From an uncultured Bacteriovoracaceae bacterium (GTDB lineage Bacteria; Bdellovibrionota; Bacteriovoracia; Bacteriovoracales; Bacteriovoracaceae): DNA of 43,299 nucleotides. Each line of letters starts with the position of its first letter. Position 1 is the first letter of the stretch. The DNA lies in NCBI GenBank assembly GCA_964416605.1, contig CAYQEW010000001.1, forward strand, positions 1 through 43,299, read 5' to 3'. The translations under genes were made by a program, and so were the position numbers. Below are positions 9,861 to 17,593 of the stretch, piece after piece. The notes under the pieces are model-generated. The model saw nothing but the letters and a program-made list of their open reading frames with translations, did not search any database and had not been told where the DNA came from.

Positions 9861-10457
9861 ATGAAAAGAAAATCACTACTTGAGCTTTTTCGCTCTATTA
9901 CCCTTCAAGAATGGATCACCTGCGGCGTACTTGCCGCTTCACTCGGAGTCGCTTTCTGGAGCTGGACAATTATCCACGATCTCGTTAAACCATTTTTAAA
10001 GCCTCTTGGATTAAAATATCTCTTAGCTGGATTTTGGCTTATCTCTTCAGTGTTTTTAAGTTACCTCATTCGCAAACCAGGCGTGGCGCTCTTTGCTTCA
10101 ATTATCGCAGCGCTGGTTGAGGGTATGATCACTCAATGGGGATTAGGTGCCGTACTTTATGGATTTATTCAAGGACTAGGCGCAGAAATTATTTTTTTAC
10201 TTTTTGCTTACCGAATCTGGTCCTTACCTGTCCTGTGTGCTGCTGCCACAATGTCCGCTCTCACGAGTTATGCCTATGATTATTTAACTCATGATTATCA
10301 TCAACTCTCCCTCTCTTTTAATTTAGTACAACTTATTACTTTTATTTTTTCCGCAATTATTTTTGCTGCCATTCTTAGTCGCTATCTTGCTAAACGCCTT
10401 GTTAAAACAGGGCTCTTGGATACTTTTCTTATTGCTCAAGATAAAAACCATGAATAA
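9861..10457 (+). CDS. ykoE: ECF transporter substrate-capture (S) component, YkoE-type (thiamine/HMP precursor)
   Basis: 198 aa with about 6 TM helices. It sits directly behind the TPP riboswitch and ahead of a duplicated ECF ATPase and a T component, as in the Bacillus ykoEDC operon. Confidence 0.65.
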   Translation: MKRKSLLELFRSITLQEWITCGVLAASLGVAFWSWTIIHDLVKPFLKPLGLKYLLAGFWLISSVFLSYLIRKPGVALFASIIAALVEGMITQWGLGAVLYGFIQGLGAEIIFLLFAYRIWSLPVLCAAATMSALTSYAYDYLTHDYHQLSLSFNLVQLITFIFSAIIFAAILSRYLAKRLVKTGLLDTFLIAQDKNHE

Positions 10458-11772
10458 AACAATCCCTCCTTTTTCTTTTTACTATACACGCAGTAGAAAA
10501 AAAATTGTCCTTGAGCATGCACTTACTCTTTCTGATCAAAAAATTATTTGGCTAGTTGGAAATAGTGGATGTGGCAAAAGCACATTCTTGCATCTCCTCA
10601 AAGGTTTTTACCCTGAGTTTCTCCAGGGTGATTTATCAAATGACTCCATCAATATTTTAGAGAATGCTGCCTACATTGCGCAAAACCCTCTTTCGCAAAT
10701 ACTCCATGAGCGAGTGGGTGAAGAATTTTTTTTCTCCATGGAAAACGCCCATTACTCCCATGAACAAATGCGAGCAAAAAAATCATGGCTCAAGGAATTT
10801 GGCTTAGAAGAAAAAGAATTTGAAAAAACAAGCCACTTAAGTCATGGGCAAGCACAACGTCTTCTCCTTGCCTCCATGCTCGCCACAAAACCAGAATGGA
10901 TTATTTTAGATGAACCTACTGCTTTTCTCGATGATAGTATTCGCCATAGTTTTTACACAACTCTTCATTCTTTTAAAAAAAAAATGGGCATTATCATTAT
11001 TGATCATAACTTAAGTATGGCAAAAATCGCTGACACTTGTTTACATATTAATGATGAGGGCCTGATCACCGAAATAAGTGTTCAAGATTGGCTGCTCTTA
11101 CAGGAAAAAGAAATTCTGCAAAGTTCTTCTTTTGGATCAAATCTAATCGCACCAGCTCACACAACTGAACTCAGTGCAAAAAATTTATTGATTGGTTATC
11201 CTTCTAAGATATTATTTCGCGCCACATTTACTATCCAATCAAGAGAATGCGCTGTTCTCCTAGGGGACAACGGAAGCGGAAAGTCTACTTTTTTTAACAC
11301 TCTTGCAAGTATCCAAAAACCTCTGCAAGGTAAACTTGATTTTAAAGTAAATGAAAAACCAGCATCTATTCAGAACCATCTCGCCTATATTTTTCAACAT
11401 CCTGATAGTCATTTTTTTTTTGATACGCTAAGCGATGAATTAAAACAGCTTGGTCTAAATGAGCCTGACAGTGTCCTTAACGAAATGAATCTTCAAAACA
11501 GAAACCATCATTCTCCTCATCAATTATCAGAAGGACAAAAACGTCGCCTCACTCTTTTTTTTCCAGTGCTGCAAAAACGCTCTCTCATCTTAATGGATGA
11601 ACCAACTTTCGGACAGGACCATGTGCAAACTCAAAAAATTATTCAACTAATTCAAGAATTAAAATCTGCTGGCTACGCTCTTATTGTGATCACGCATGAC
11701 ATCAATGTTCAAAAAGAAATTGCAACCCATATTTGGAGAATCAAAAAAGGAGAACTAGAGCATGTCTCATAA
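10450..11772 (+). CDS. ykoD: ECF transporter fused double ATPase, YkoD-type
   Basis: Two ABC cassettes: Walker A GNSGCGKST and GDNGSGKST, signatures LSHGQAQRL and LSEGQKRRL, Walker B ILDEP and ILMDEP. The ATG at 10450 overlaps the ykoE stop by 8 nt. The 10363 start in the track would run through the ykoE C-terminus. Confidence 0.8.
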   Translation: MNKTIPPFSFYYTRSRKKIVLEHALTLSDQKIIWLVGNSGCGKSTFLHLLKGFYPEFLQGDLSNDSINILENAAYIAQNPLSQILHERVGEEFFFSMENAHYSHEQMRAKKSWLKEFGLEEKEFEKTSHLSHGQAQRLLLASMLATKPEWIILDEPTAFLDDSIRHSFYTTLHSFKKKMGIIIIDHNLSMAKIADTCLHINDEGLITEISVQDWLLLQEKEILQSSSFGSNLIAPAHTTELSAKNLLIGYPSKILFRATFTIQSRECAVLLGDNGSGKSTFFNTLASIQKPLQGKLDFKVNEKPASIQNHLAYIFQHPDSHFFFDTLSDELKQLGLNEPDSVLNEMNLQNRNHHSPHQLSEGQKRRLTLFFPVLQKRSLILMDEPTFGQDHVQTQKIIQLIQELKSAGYALIVITHDINVQKEIATHIWRIKKGELEHVS

Positions 11773-12475
11773 TCCTAGCGCCCCTATTCGCCAAAGACTC
11801 TTTCATGATGCTCATCTTGCTTTATTTTTTTTGATTTTTTTTATCGGCATTGCCTTGCCCATTAAATGGTATCTCATTATTTTGTGGGCTGCTTCTTTTG
11901 CGCTTCTTGCTTATTTGTTAAAAGTATCTCTGACGTTTATTCTGCAAAGTCTTAGCTGGGCTCTACTTCTTTCTTTGTCCGTTTGGCTCATCAACTTTTT
12001 CTTTCACAGTAAGCAGATTTCATCTGACGAAATCATAATTCGCGCCACTCACACAACCCTGAAAATTGGAGTCATCACTTGGGTCGCACTGCTCTCATCA
12101 AGAATGATTCATTTGCGAGATATTGTGATGCTCACTTTACAAAAAAAATGGCTACATCTTCCTATTGGCTATGCCTGCCTCTGTGGGCTAGGCTCGCTAT
12201 CACTTTTGCAAGCAGAGTCAAAACGCATTACATTAAATGCAAAACTTCGCGGCATAAAATGGCATCAAAGAATTCTCGTATGGATTCCACTTTTGATTTT
12301 TTCTCTTCGCCATGCACAGCGCGGAGCCATGAGCCTTCGCGCAAGAGGTTTGTATGAAAATAAAAGCTTTTACTATAACTACCAAGCAACGATGGCACAA
12401 ACCAGACGATTTATTTTTTTTATAACCTTATGGTTTATTTTCATCACACTGACTGCATACTTTTTAAAAAATTAG
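11762..12475 (+). CDS. ykoC: ECF transporter transmembrane (T) component, YkoC/CbiQ family
   Basis: 237 aa polytopic membrane protein that overlaps the ykoD stop. Its position and size fit EcfT. Confidence 0.65.
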   Translation: MSHNPSAPIRQRLFHDAHLALFFLIFFIGIALPIKWYLIILWAASFALLAYLLKVSLTFILQSLSWALLLSLSVWLINFFFHSKQISSDEIIIRATHTTLKIGVITWVALLSSRMIHLRDIVMLTLQKKWLHLPIGYACLCGLGSLSLLQAESKRITLNAKLRGIKWHQRILVWIPLLIFSLRHAQRGAMSLRARGLYENKSFYYNYQATMAQTRRFIFFITLWFIFITLTAYFLKN

Positions 12476-12951
12476 ATTCTTGGTTCAATTGAACAAGACA
12501 TGTACCATGTTGTCGAATAAGTACCCTGCACTAAACTAAGAGCTGGAACACCCGTGTAGGAAAGATACATATCCACATATCCTGTACCTGTTTGATCCTG
12601 CCAAGACGTCATGGGAATAGAAGGTACAACGTTACTCTCAAAATCCACTCCTTTTAAATTACTAAAAGAAAAAATCGCACTGGGCATCGTGGCATGAGTG
12701 AGGTGATCCGTTAAATCAAAAGTAGTTACCGTCGTGAAAGCCGAAAAATCAGTATTGTTAGCCATGGTAGCTCGTGCAATATAGAGATCCGTTTGCGAAG
12801 TTGTTAAATCTAAATTAGAGGCAATCGGTTCAGCATCGAGAGAAAGTTCACATGCAGGATCAATCCCCGCAGAAAGATTAATGCTGTCATTGCCTGCGCA
12901 ATACACTGCCTGAAAAATAATAAGAGCAAAAAGCATTATTATTTTTTTCAT
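12472..12951 (-). CDS. secreted protein, SCPU (spore coat U)/Csu-type fimbrial subunit-like; paralogue of 14577..15083
   Basis: Signal peptide. N-terminal Cys strand (PACELSLDAEPIASNLDL) and C-terminal YTGVPALSLVQGTYSTTWYMSC. The G-x-Y-s-t-t strand resembles the SCPU C-terminal motif. The assignment is by eye only. Confidence 0.4.
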   Translation of the reverse strand: MKKIIMLFALIIFQAVYCAGNDSINLSAGIDPACELSLDAEPIASNLDLTTSQTDLYIARATMANNTDFSAFTTVTTFDLTDHLTHATMPSAIFSFSNLKGVDFESNVVPSIPMTSWQDQTGTGYVDMYLSYTGVPALSLVQGTYSTTWYMSCSIEPRI

Positions 12952-13077
12952 TCTAAACTCCTTAAAAACTATTCTAAAGTATAAAAGTTAAAAAAATTAA
13001 AAACCTTTATTATTAATATCTTATGCCATTTCATAAATGAGATCATCTTCAAAAAAGTGTGTCCTTTTTGAGTCGCG

Positions 13078-13107
13078 TTGACACACAGTGCTTTGCAATG
13101 CTATGTA
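13078..13107 (+). promoter_or_regulatory. candidate sigma70-type promoter for padR (possibly leaderless)
   Basis: TTGACA (13078-13083), an 18-nt spacer, then TATGTA (13102-13107). The padR ATG at 13115 lies 7 nt downstream and has no SD. Confidence 0.35.
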
Positions 13108-13114
13108 CTATGTA

Positions 13115-13459
13115 ATGGAAAAACACTTTAATAATTGGCTGACTCAAATCAAAAAAGGATATCTCGATCTTTGTATTCTTATGCTTATTGAGGCAAATCA
13201 AAAAGCTTATGGATTTCAAATCATCGCTCTCTTAGAAGATTTAAATCTCTCCATAAAGGAAGGAACTCTTTATCCTTTACTCAACCGCATGACCGCAGAT
13301 GAGTTGCTGACGGCTAAATGGGAAACCGAAAATATTCAAGGAAATCCCAGAAAGTTTTATTCTATTACACCACAAGGATTAAAAACCTTAGAACAAATGA
13401 CTTTAGAATTTCAAAGCATGAATAAGATATTTACAAAAATAAAAAAAATTGGAGGATAA
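13115..13459 (+). CDS. PadR-family transcriptional regulator
   Basis: KGYLDLCILMLI...YGFQII...IKEGTLYPLLNRM..ELL...W.....NPRKFYSITPQGLKTLE is the canonical PadR winged-helix pattern. The start is uncertain (13088 GTG, 13103 ATG or 13115 ATG). Confidence 0.85.
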   Translation: MEKHFNNWLTQIKKGYLDLCILMLIEANQKAYGFQIIALLEDLNLSIKEGTLYPLLNRMTADELLTAKWETENIQGNPRKFYSITPQGLKTLEQMTLEFQSMNKIFTKIKKIGG

Positions 13460-14338
13460 ATGAAAAACACTGAATTAGAAAATTATCTCACAAAACTAGA
13501 AAAGGCTTTGGGGCCCATCGCGGTTTCCGAGAAAGCAGAAATTATTACGGAAATTAAAAGTCATGTTCTCGACTCTCTCGAAACAAACAGCTTGAAATCA
13601 ACAAAAGATATTTTAAGTAGTTTGGGAGAGCCGGAACAAGTAGCCAACAAATATCTCCTTGAACGTGGACTAGAGCCACAGAAGGCTCCGAAGCACCCCA
13701 TTATAAAATGGCTGACTATTGGTTTTCTCGGCACCATGACTCTTATTGTTCTTTCCTTTTTTCTCCTGCTTTGGAAATTTACTCCGATTATAAAAGTAGA
13801 TGAAAAAAGCGGTCATGTGCAAATTCTTGGAGGCTTGATTGATATCAATGATTCTGATGAAAAACTTAATAATGCAAAAGAATTAAGCGGTGATATCAAA
13901 ATTACAGAACAAAATAAAAATGACATTTTCTTTGATTTTGGCAATGCTCTCATCGATTTTGAAAACAATGAAGTCAGTAATGTCATTCGTTATGAATGCA
14001 AACTTGATCACGACGGAAAAATCAATGTGACTGAAAATAATAAAATTTATTTTGATTTCAAAAACACTGATGGAGTTAAATGTAATATTTATGTTCCTGA
14101 AAAATTAAATTTCAAAGTGAATGCGGCAAATGGCAAATTTACTTTTGATGAAATGGAAAATTCTCTGAGTGCCGATATTGCAAACGGCTTTGTTAGTTTC
14201 TATCCAAAAAGTACGGCTGAATATTTTTATGAAATGTCTGTTAAAAATGGCACCATCGCAAACTTTAAAAATGCCACGGACAAAACAAAAGCCTACGTCA
14301 TCAAAATTAACATTACAAATGGGAGTATCGCGCAATAA
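13460..14338 (+). CDS. PadR-associated membrane protein (DUF1700-like N-terminal helical domain, one TM, DUF4097-like beta-rich extracytoplasmic domain)
   Basis: Starts 1 nt after the padR stop. N-terminus ENYLTKLEKALGPI..EKAEIITEIKSHV is typical of DUF1700. TM is WLTIGFLGTMTLIVLSFFLLLW. The C-terminus has repetitive N-G-x-(I/F) beta-strand repeats. Confidence 0.6.
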   Translation: MKNTELENYLTKLEKALGPIAVSEKAEIITEIKSHVLDSLETNSLKSTKDILSSLGEPEQVANKYLLERGLEPQKAPKHPIIKWLTIGFLGTMTLIVLSFFLLLWKFTPIIKVDEKSGHVQILGGLIDINDSDEKLNNAKELSGDIKITEQNKNDIFFDFGNALIDFENNEVSNVIRYECKLDHDGKINVTENNKIYFDFKNTDGVKCNIYVPEKLNFKVNAANGKFTFDEMENSLSADIANGFVSFYPKSTAEYFYEMSVKNGTIANFKNATDKTKAYVIKINITNGSIAQ

Positions 14339-14576
14339 ATTCCTTACGGCTCTCTTGGCTCTACAGAGCAACTTGCATACCAGGTTGCTTGATAAACTCC
14401 ACTGATAAGGCTTTGGGAAGGAATGCCCGTCGTCGTTAATAAGCAAAGATGACATGCCTCAAAAAATACACAACAAAGAGAACATTCTTTTGAGGAAATG
14501 TCGTTTAAACTTATTATTTTTATTGAAAATAATTTTTTATTATTTTTTTCGATATAATGGCTTTAGAGGGGAATCT

Positions 14577-15083
14577 ATGAAAAAAATAATATTAATATTT
14601 CTATCTTTAATGTTAACTCAATCGCTCTTAGCAGGAACATCTGACTTCATAGATTTAACAACTAATATTGCGTTTAACTGCGAGATTGATATTCTTCCAG
14701 AAGCCATTGCTTCAAATCTTGATATAACTCAAAATCAGTCTCATTTAAAATTGTTTACTCTCAATATGGCAGGTAATGATCAAACACTCTTTACAGTCGA
14801 TATGCCCAATGAAGAAAAATTAATGCATAATTCTATGCTGGGACAATATTTTTCCTTTGCAAGCCTGGACTATAATTTAGCAACAAATATTTCAGGAAGC
14901 TCATCTTCAAGTTCTGGAAATCTCTCCTTTCCTCAATCTCAAAGCTATCCAATAAGTTTTCCTGGAAATGGTTTTACTTTTTCCGAAGATATTTTTGCCA
15001 ACTATACAGGAGTTCCTGCACTCAGTCTTGTTCAAGGGGTGTACTCAGCAACATGGCACTTTTCTTGTGGACCGATGATTTAA
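14577..15083 (+). CDS. secreted protein, SCPU/Csu-type fimbrial subunit-like; paralogue of 12472..12951
   Basis: AGAGGGG lies 5 nt before the ATG at 14577. Signal peptide MKKIILIFLSLMLTQSLLA. NCEIDILPEAIASNLDI and NYTGVPALSLVQGVYSATWHFSC align with the paralogue. Confidence 0.4.
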   Translation: MKKIILIFLSLMLTQSLLAGTSDFIDLTTNIAFNCEIDILPEAIASNLDITQNQSHLKLFTLNMAGNDQTLFTVDMPNEEKLMHNSMLGQYFSFASLDYNLATNISGSSSSSSGNLSFPQSQSYPISFPGNGFTFSEDIFANYTGVPALSLVQGVYSATWHFSCGPMI

Positions 15084-16450
15084 TGAGAATCTTTAAAATA
15101 AGAATGGTTCCAAAGATCCAAAACCGTTCTTATTTTTATCAGCTCTAGTTTCGGTCGCTCCACTTCTTCTTTCACGGAGAGAAAAATTTTTTTAAAATTC
15201 ATTCTCTCTATCTCATTTATTTTTTGCTCAGTGCCCGGCACTCTTCTCACTTCACCCGTCAATCCCACTTCTCCCAAAAAAATAATATCGTTATCAATCA
15301 TTTTAGAAAAATGAGAACTTAAAATAGCCGCAATAATGGCAAGATCACTCTCGCGCCCTTTCAGTTTAATGCCACCGACAATATTGACATACACATCACT
15401 CATGGAAAGAGGAACACCTAAATATTTTTCAATGACCGCCAAAAGAAGACTAAGACGATTTTGATCAATACCTTGAGCGGTACGGCGGCCGTTGCCAAAT
15501 TTATTATCCAGAACCAAAGCCTGCACCTCTACAAAAAGTGAGCGACTTCCTTCTTGAATACAACAAAGTGCCTTGCCATAAGCATTAGGTAGACTATCAG
15601 AAAGAAAATACAGTGAAGGATTCGCTACTTCGTGTAAACCATTTCCTTTCATTTCAAAAATGCCCACTTCCTGCGTGTTTCCGAAACGATTTTTTTGCGC
15701 GCGCAATACTCTGTAATGATGGAAAGGATCACCTTCAAAACTAAGCACCGCATCAACCATGTGTTCAAGGGCCTTGGGACCGGCAATCTGTCCCTCTTTG
15801 GTAACATGCCCCACAATAAAACAAGTCACACCTTGTGATTTCGCTTTATTCATAAGTTCGTGCGTGACTTCGCGAATTTGTGAAAGAGAGCCTGCAGTAG
15901 AGCTAATCGAATCAAGTGCTGTCGTTTGAATAGAATCCAAAATAAAAATTTGCGGTGCCTCTTGTTCAATCACTTGATCAATAATATCCCAAGATGTTTC
16001 GTGTAAAATAAGAAGTTTATCACTTTCTAAACCAAGCCTCTGAAAACGATCGGCAATCTGTCCTTCACTTTCCTCTCCACTGACATAGAGAATGGGGCCC
16101 ACATTATTTTTTAAAAGTTTGGCACAAACTTCTAAGAGAAGTGTTGATTTTCCCACTCCAGGTTCACCTCCGAGTAAATTAAGAGAACCTTTCGTAATAC
16201 CTCCTCCTAAAACGCGATCAAATTCGCTAATTCCACTCATTAAACGCTCTTCCACATTTCGCTGAATAGATTCAATGGTTTTAGGTTTTTTTGACGTAAG
16301 TATTTTTTTAGAGCTTCCTGAATGGTTATTAGAAGCAAAAGTTTCTTCGACAAAACTATTCCATTGCTCACATTCGGGACACTTCCCCACCCACTGAGAG
16401 GCTTGATAGCCGCAACTCTGACAAACATAATAGGATTTGATTTTTGCCAT
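15080..16450 (-). CDS. radA: DNA repair protein RadA/Sms
   Basis: Zinc finger CQSCGYQASQWVGKCPECEQW, Walker A GEPGVGKST, the KNRFG motif and a Lon-like C-terminal domain. Confidence 0.95.
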   Translation of the reverse strand: MAKIKSYYVCQSCGYQASQWVGKCPECEQWNSFVEETFASNNHSGSSKKILTSKKPKTIESIQRNVEERLMSGISEFDRVLGGGITKGSLNLLGGEPGVGKSTLLLEVCAKLLKNNVGPILYVSGEESEGQIADRFQRLGLESDKLLILHETSWDIIDQVIEQEAPQIFILDSIQTTALDSISSTAGSLSQIREVTHELMNKAKSQGVTCFIVGHVTKEGQIAGPKALEHMVDAVLSFEGDPFHHYRVLRAQKNRFGNTQEVGIFEMKGNGLHEVANPSLYFLSDSLPNAYGKALCCIQEGSRSLFVEVQALVLDNKFGNGRRTAQGIDQNRLSLLLAVIEKYLGVPLSMSDVYVNIVGGIKLKGRESDLAIIAAILSSHFSKMIDNDIIFLGEVGLTGEVRRVPGTEQKINEIERMNFKKIFLSVKEEVERPKLELIKIRTVLDLWNHSYFKDSH

Positions 16451-16483
16451 ATAAACTCTTTTGTAATGGGCTTAGATAATTTG

Positions 16484-16605
16484 TATCATTTATAAAATCA
16501 GTTTTCGGCAGGCAAGCAAAGAGGAATCGCCGGAGCGTACACATAAGTACGTGAGGACGATGACGATGAAGCTTAACGAACCGAAAATTGATTTTATAAA
16601 TGATA
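16484..16605. other. 122-nt long-stem hairpin element (unclassified structured RNA or miniature inverted-repeat element)
   Basis: The 25-nt arms tatcatttataaaatcagttttcgg (16484-16508) and ccgaaaattgattttataaatgata (16581-16605) are complementary at 24 of 25 positions. The exception is G.U on the plus strand. Nested inner stems are aagc/gctt, atcg/cgat and cgtac/gtacg. Confidence 0.35.
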
Positions 16606-16608
16606 TGA

Positions 16609-16703
16609 GTGGTTTTCCAGTGAACACAAGTAGTTGTCTCCTACCGTTGCTTCCTTCCGAACCTGGCGGGTTCAGAGAAACTACCTCATTCACGGAAAAC
16701 CAC
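16609..16703 (-). ncRNA. ffs: signal recognition particle RNA (small 4.5S type)
   Basis: The minus strand reads GUGGUUUUCCGUGAA...CCGCCAGGUUCGGAAGGAAGCAACGGUAGGAGAC...UUCACUGGAAAACCAC. This is a single long hairpin carrying the conserved domain IV motif (GGAA tetraloop, GGAAGCA). A matching promoter lies just upstream. Confidence 0.8.
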
Positions 16704-16707
16704 CCAG

Positions 16708-16736
16708 AGTCTAACGGCGCAAACTATAATTGTCAA
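16708..16736 (-). promoter_or_regulatory. sigma70-type promoter of the SRP RNA gene
   Basis: The minus strand reads TTGACA (16736-16731), a 17-nt spacer, then TAGACT (16713-16708). The first G of the SRP hairpin lies about 5-7 nt downstream. Confidence 0.6.
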
Positions 16737-16811
16737 AACTTCAACTTTTCTGTTCTTTTAAAGTGCTTTTTTGCAAAAAAATTTGTATTATGAGCTTCCA
16801 ATATTTCTACT

Positions 16812-16895
16812 GCTGGCGTGGTGGAATGGTAGACACGTGCGCTTGAGGTGCGTATGGAGCAATCTGTGGAGGTTCAAGTCCTCTCGCCAGCACCA
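16812..16895 (+). tRNA. tRNA-Leu (anticodon GAG), CCA encoded
   Basis: Acceptor stem gctggcg/cgccagc, 3-bp D stem, anticodon stem tgcgc/gcgta with loop TTGAGGT, long variable arm, T arm ggagg-ttcaagt-cctct, and 3' ACCA. Confidence 0.9.
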
Positions 16896-16997
16896 ATTAA
16901 ATTATCTTTTAAAAATATTAAAATCTTCATTGCAAATTACTAAAAAGTAATTGTACTCATCTCTTTTGATACCTCCTTTTACTTATTCTATATAAAC

Positions 16998-17034
16998 AAT
17001 ATTTAAAGATGCCAATTTGGCATCTTTAAATATT
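16998..17034. promoter_or_regulatory. perfect 37-nt palindrome (18-nt arms, 1-nt centre) abutting the SD of the ORF6N gene; candidate operator or 5' hairpin
   Basis: aatatttaaagatgccaa-t-ttggcatctttaaatatt is followed directly by AAGGAG (17035-17040) and the ATG at 17050. Confidence 0.5.
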
Positions 17035-17049
17035 AAGGAGAATTTAAAA

Positions 17050-17565
17050 ATGGCAAACATGACATCAGTAAAAATTGAAAAAATGATCTACGTCATTCGT
17101 GGGTGTAAAGTTATTCTAGATAGTGATCTTGCCAAATTATATGGTGTAGAAACGGGTACTCTTAATAGACAAATCAAGCGAAATATTGAACGATTTCCAA
17201 GTGACTTTATGTTTCAGTTATCAAAAAGTGAGTTAAAAATTCTTCGTCAATCAGACCCCGTTTTTCAAGACGCTACTCATGCCAGAAAATATGCTCCCTA
17301 TGTTTTTACAGAATATGGTGTTGCGGCACTTTCTGGAGTACTTGGTAGTAAAATTGCTATCAAGGTCAATATTTCAATCATTAGAACTTTTGTTCAAATG
17401 AGAAAATTATTATCAGAAGATCAATCATTTATTGACAAAATTAACGAACTAGAAAAAAACTCAAATAAATTGTTTCAAATTATTTTTAAAAAACTAGACT
17501 CTTTAGAAGCCAGTGCGCCCTTACTGCCAGCCCATAGGAAAAAAATTGGTCTTAATAAAAATTAA
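17050..17565 (+). CDS. ORF6N-domain (KilA-N-like) DNA-binding protein
   Basis: IYVIRGCKVILDSDLAKLYGVETGTLNRQIKRNIERFPSDFMFQLSKSE matches the ORF6N domain pattern. Strong SD. The TTG start at 17017 in the track lies inside the palindrome and is less likely. Confidence 0.7.
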   Translation: MANMTSVKIEKMIYVIRGCKVILDSDLAKLYGVETGTLNRQIKRNIERFPSDFMFQLSKSELKILRQSDPVFQDATHARKYAPYVFTEYGVAALSGVLGSKIAIKVNISIIRTFVQMRKLLSEDQSFIDKINELEKNSNKLFQIIFKKLDSLEASAPLLPAHRKKIGLNKN

Positions 17566-17593
17566 ATGCTAATTGTTCATTCATTAATTTACT

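Noticed and set aside
10363-10449. The upstream start (10363) for the ykoD ATPase ORF
   Set aside because: It would overlap 95 nt of the ykoE C-terminus and add a hydrophobic, non-ABC extension. The ATG at 10450 gives a typical N-terminus and an 8-nt overlap with the ykoE stop.
16490-16793. Track ORFs 16490..16693 (minus, 67 aa) and 16551..16793 (plus, 80 aa)
   Set aside because: Both overlap the SRP RNA hairpin, its promoter and the long-stem element. They have no RBS and odd composition, so the RNA features explain the region better.
16704-16811. A sigma70 promoter for tRNA-Leu on the plus strand
   Set aside because: Candidate hexamers (TTGCAA at 16771, TATTAT at 16786) have unsuitable spacing. 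I could not support a specific promoter call.
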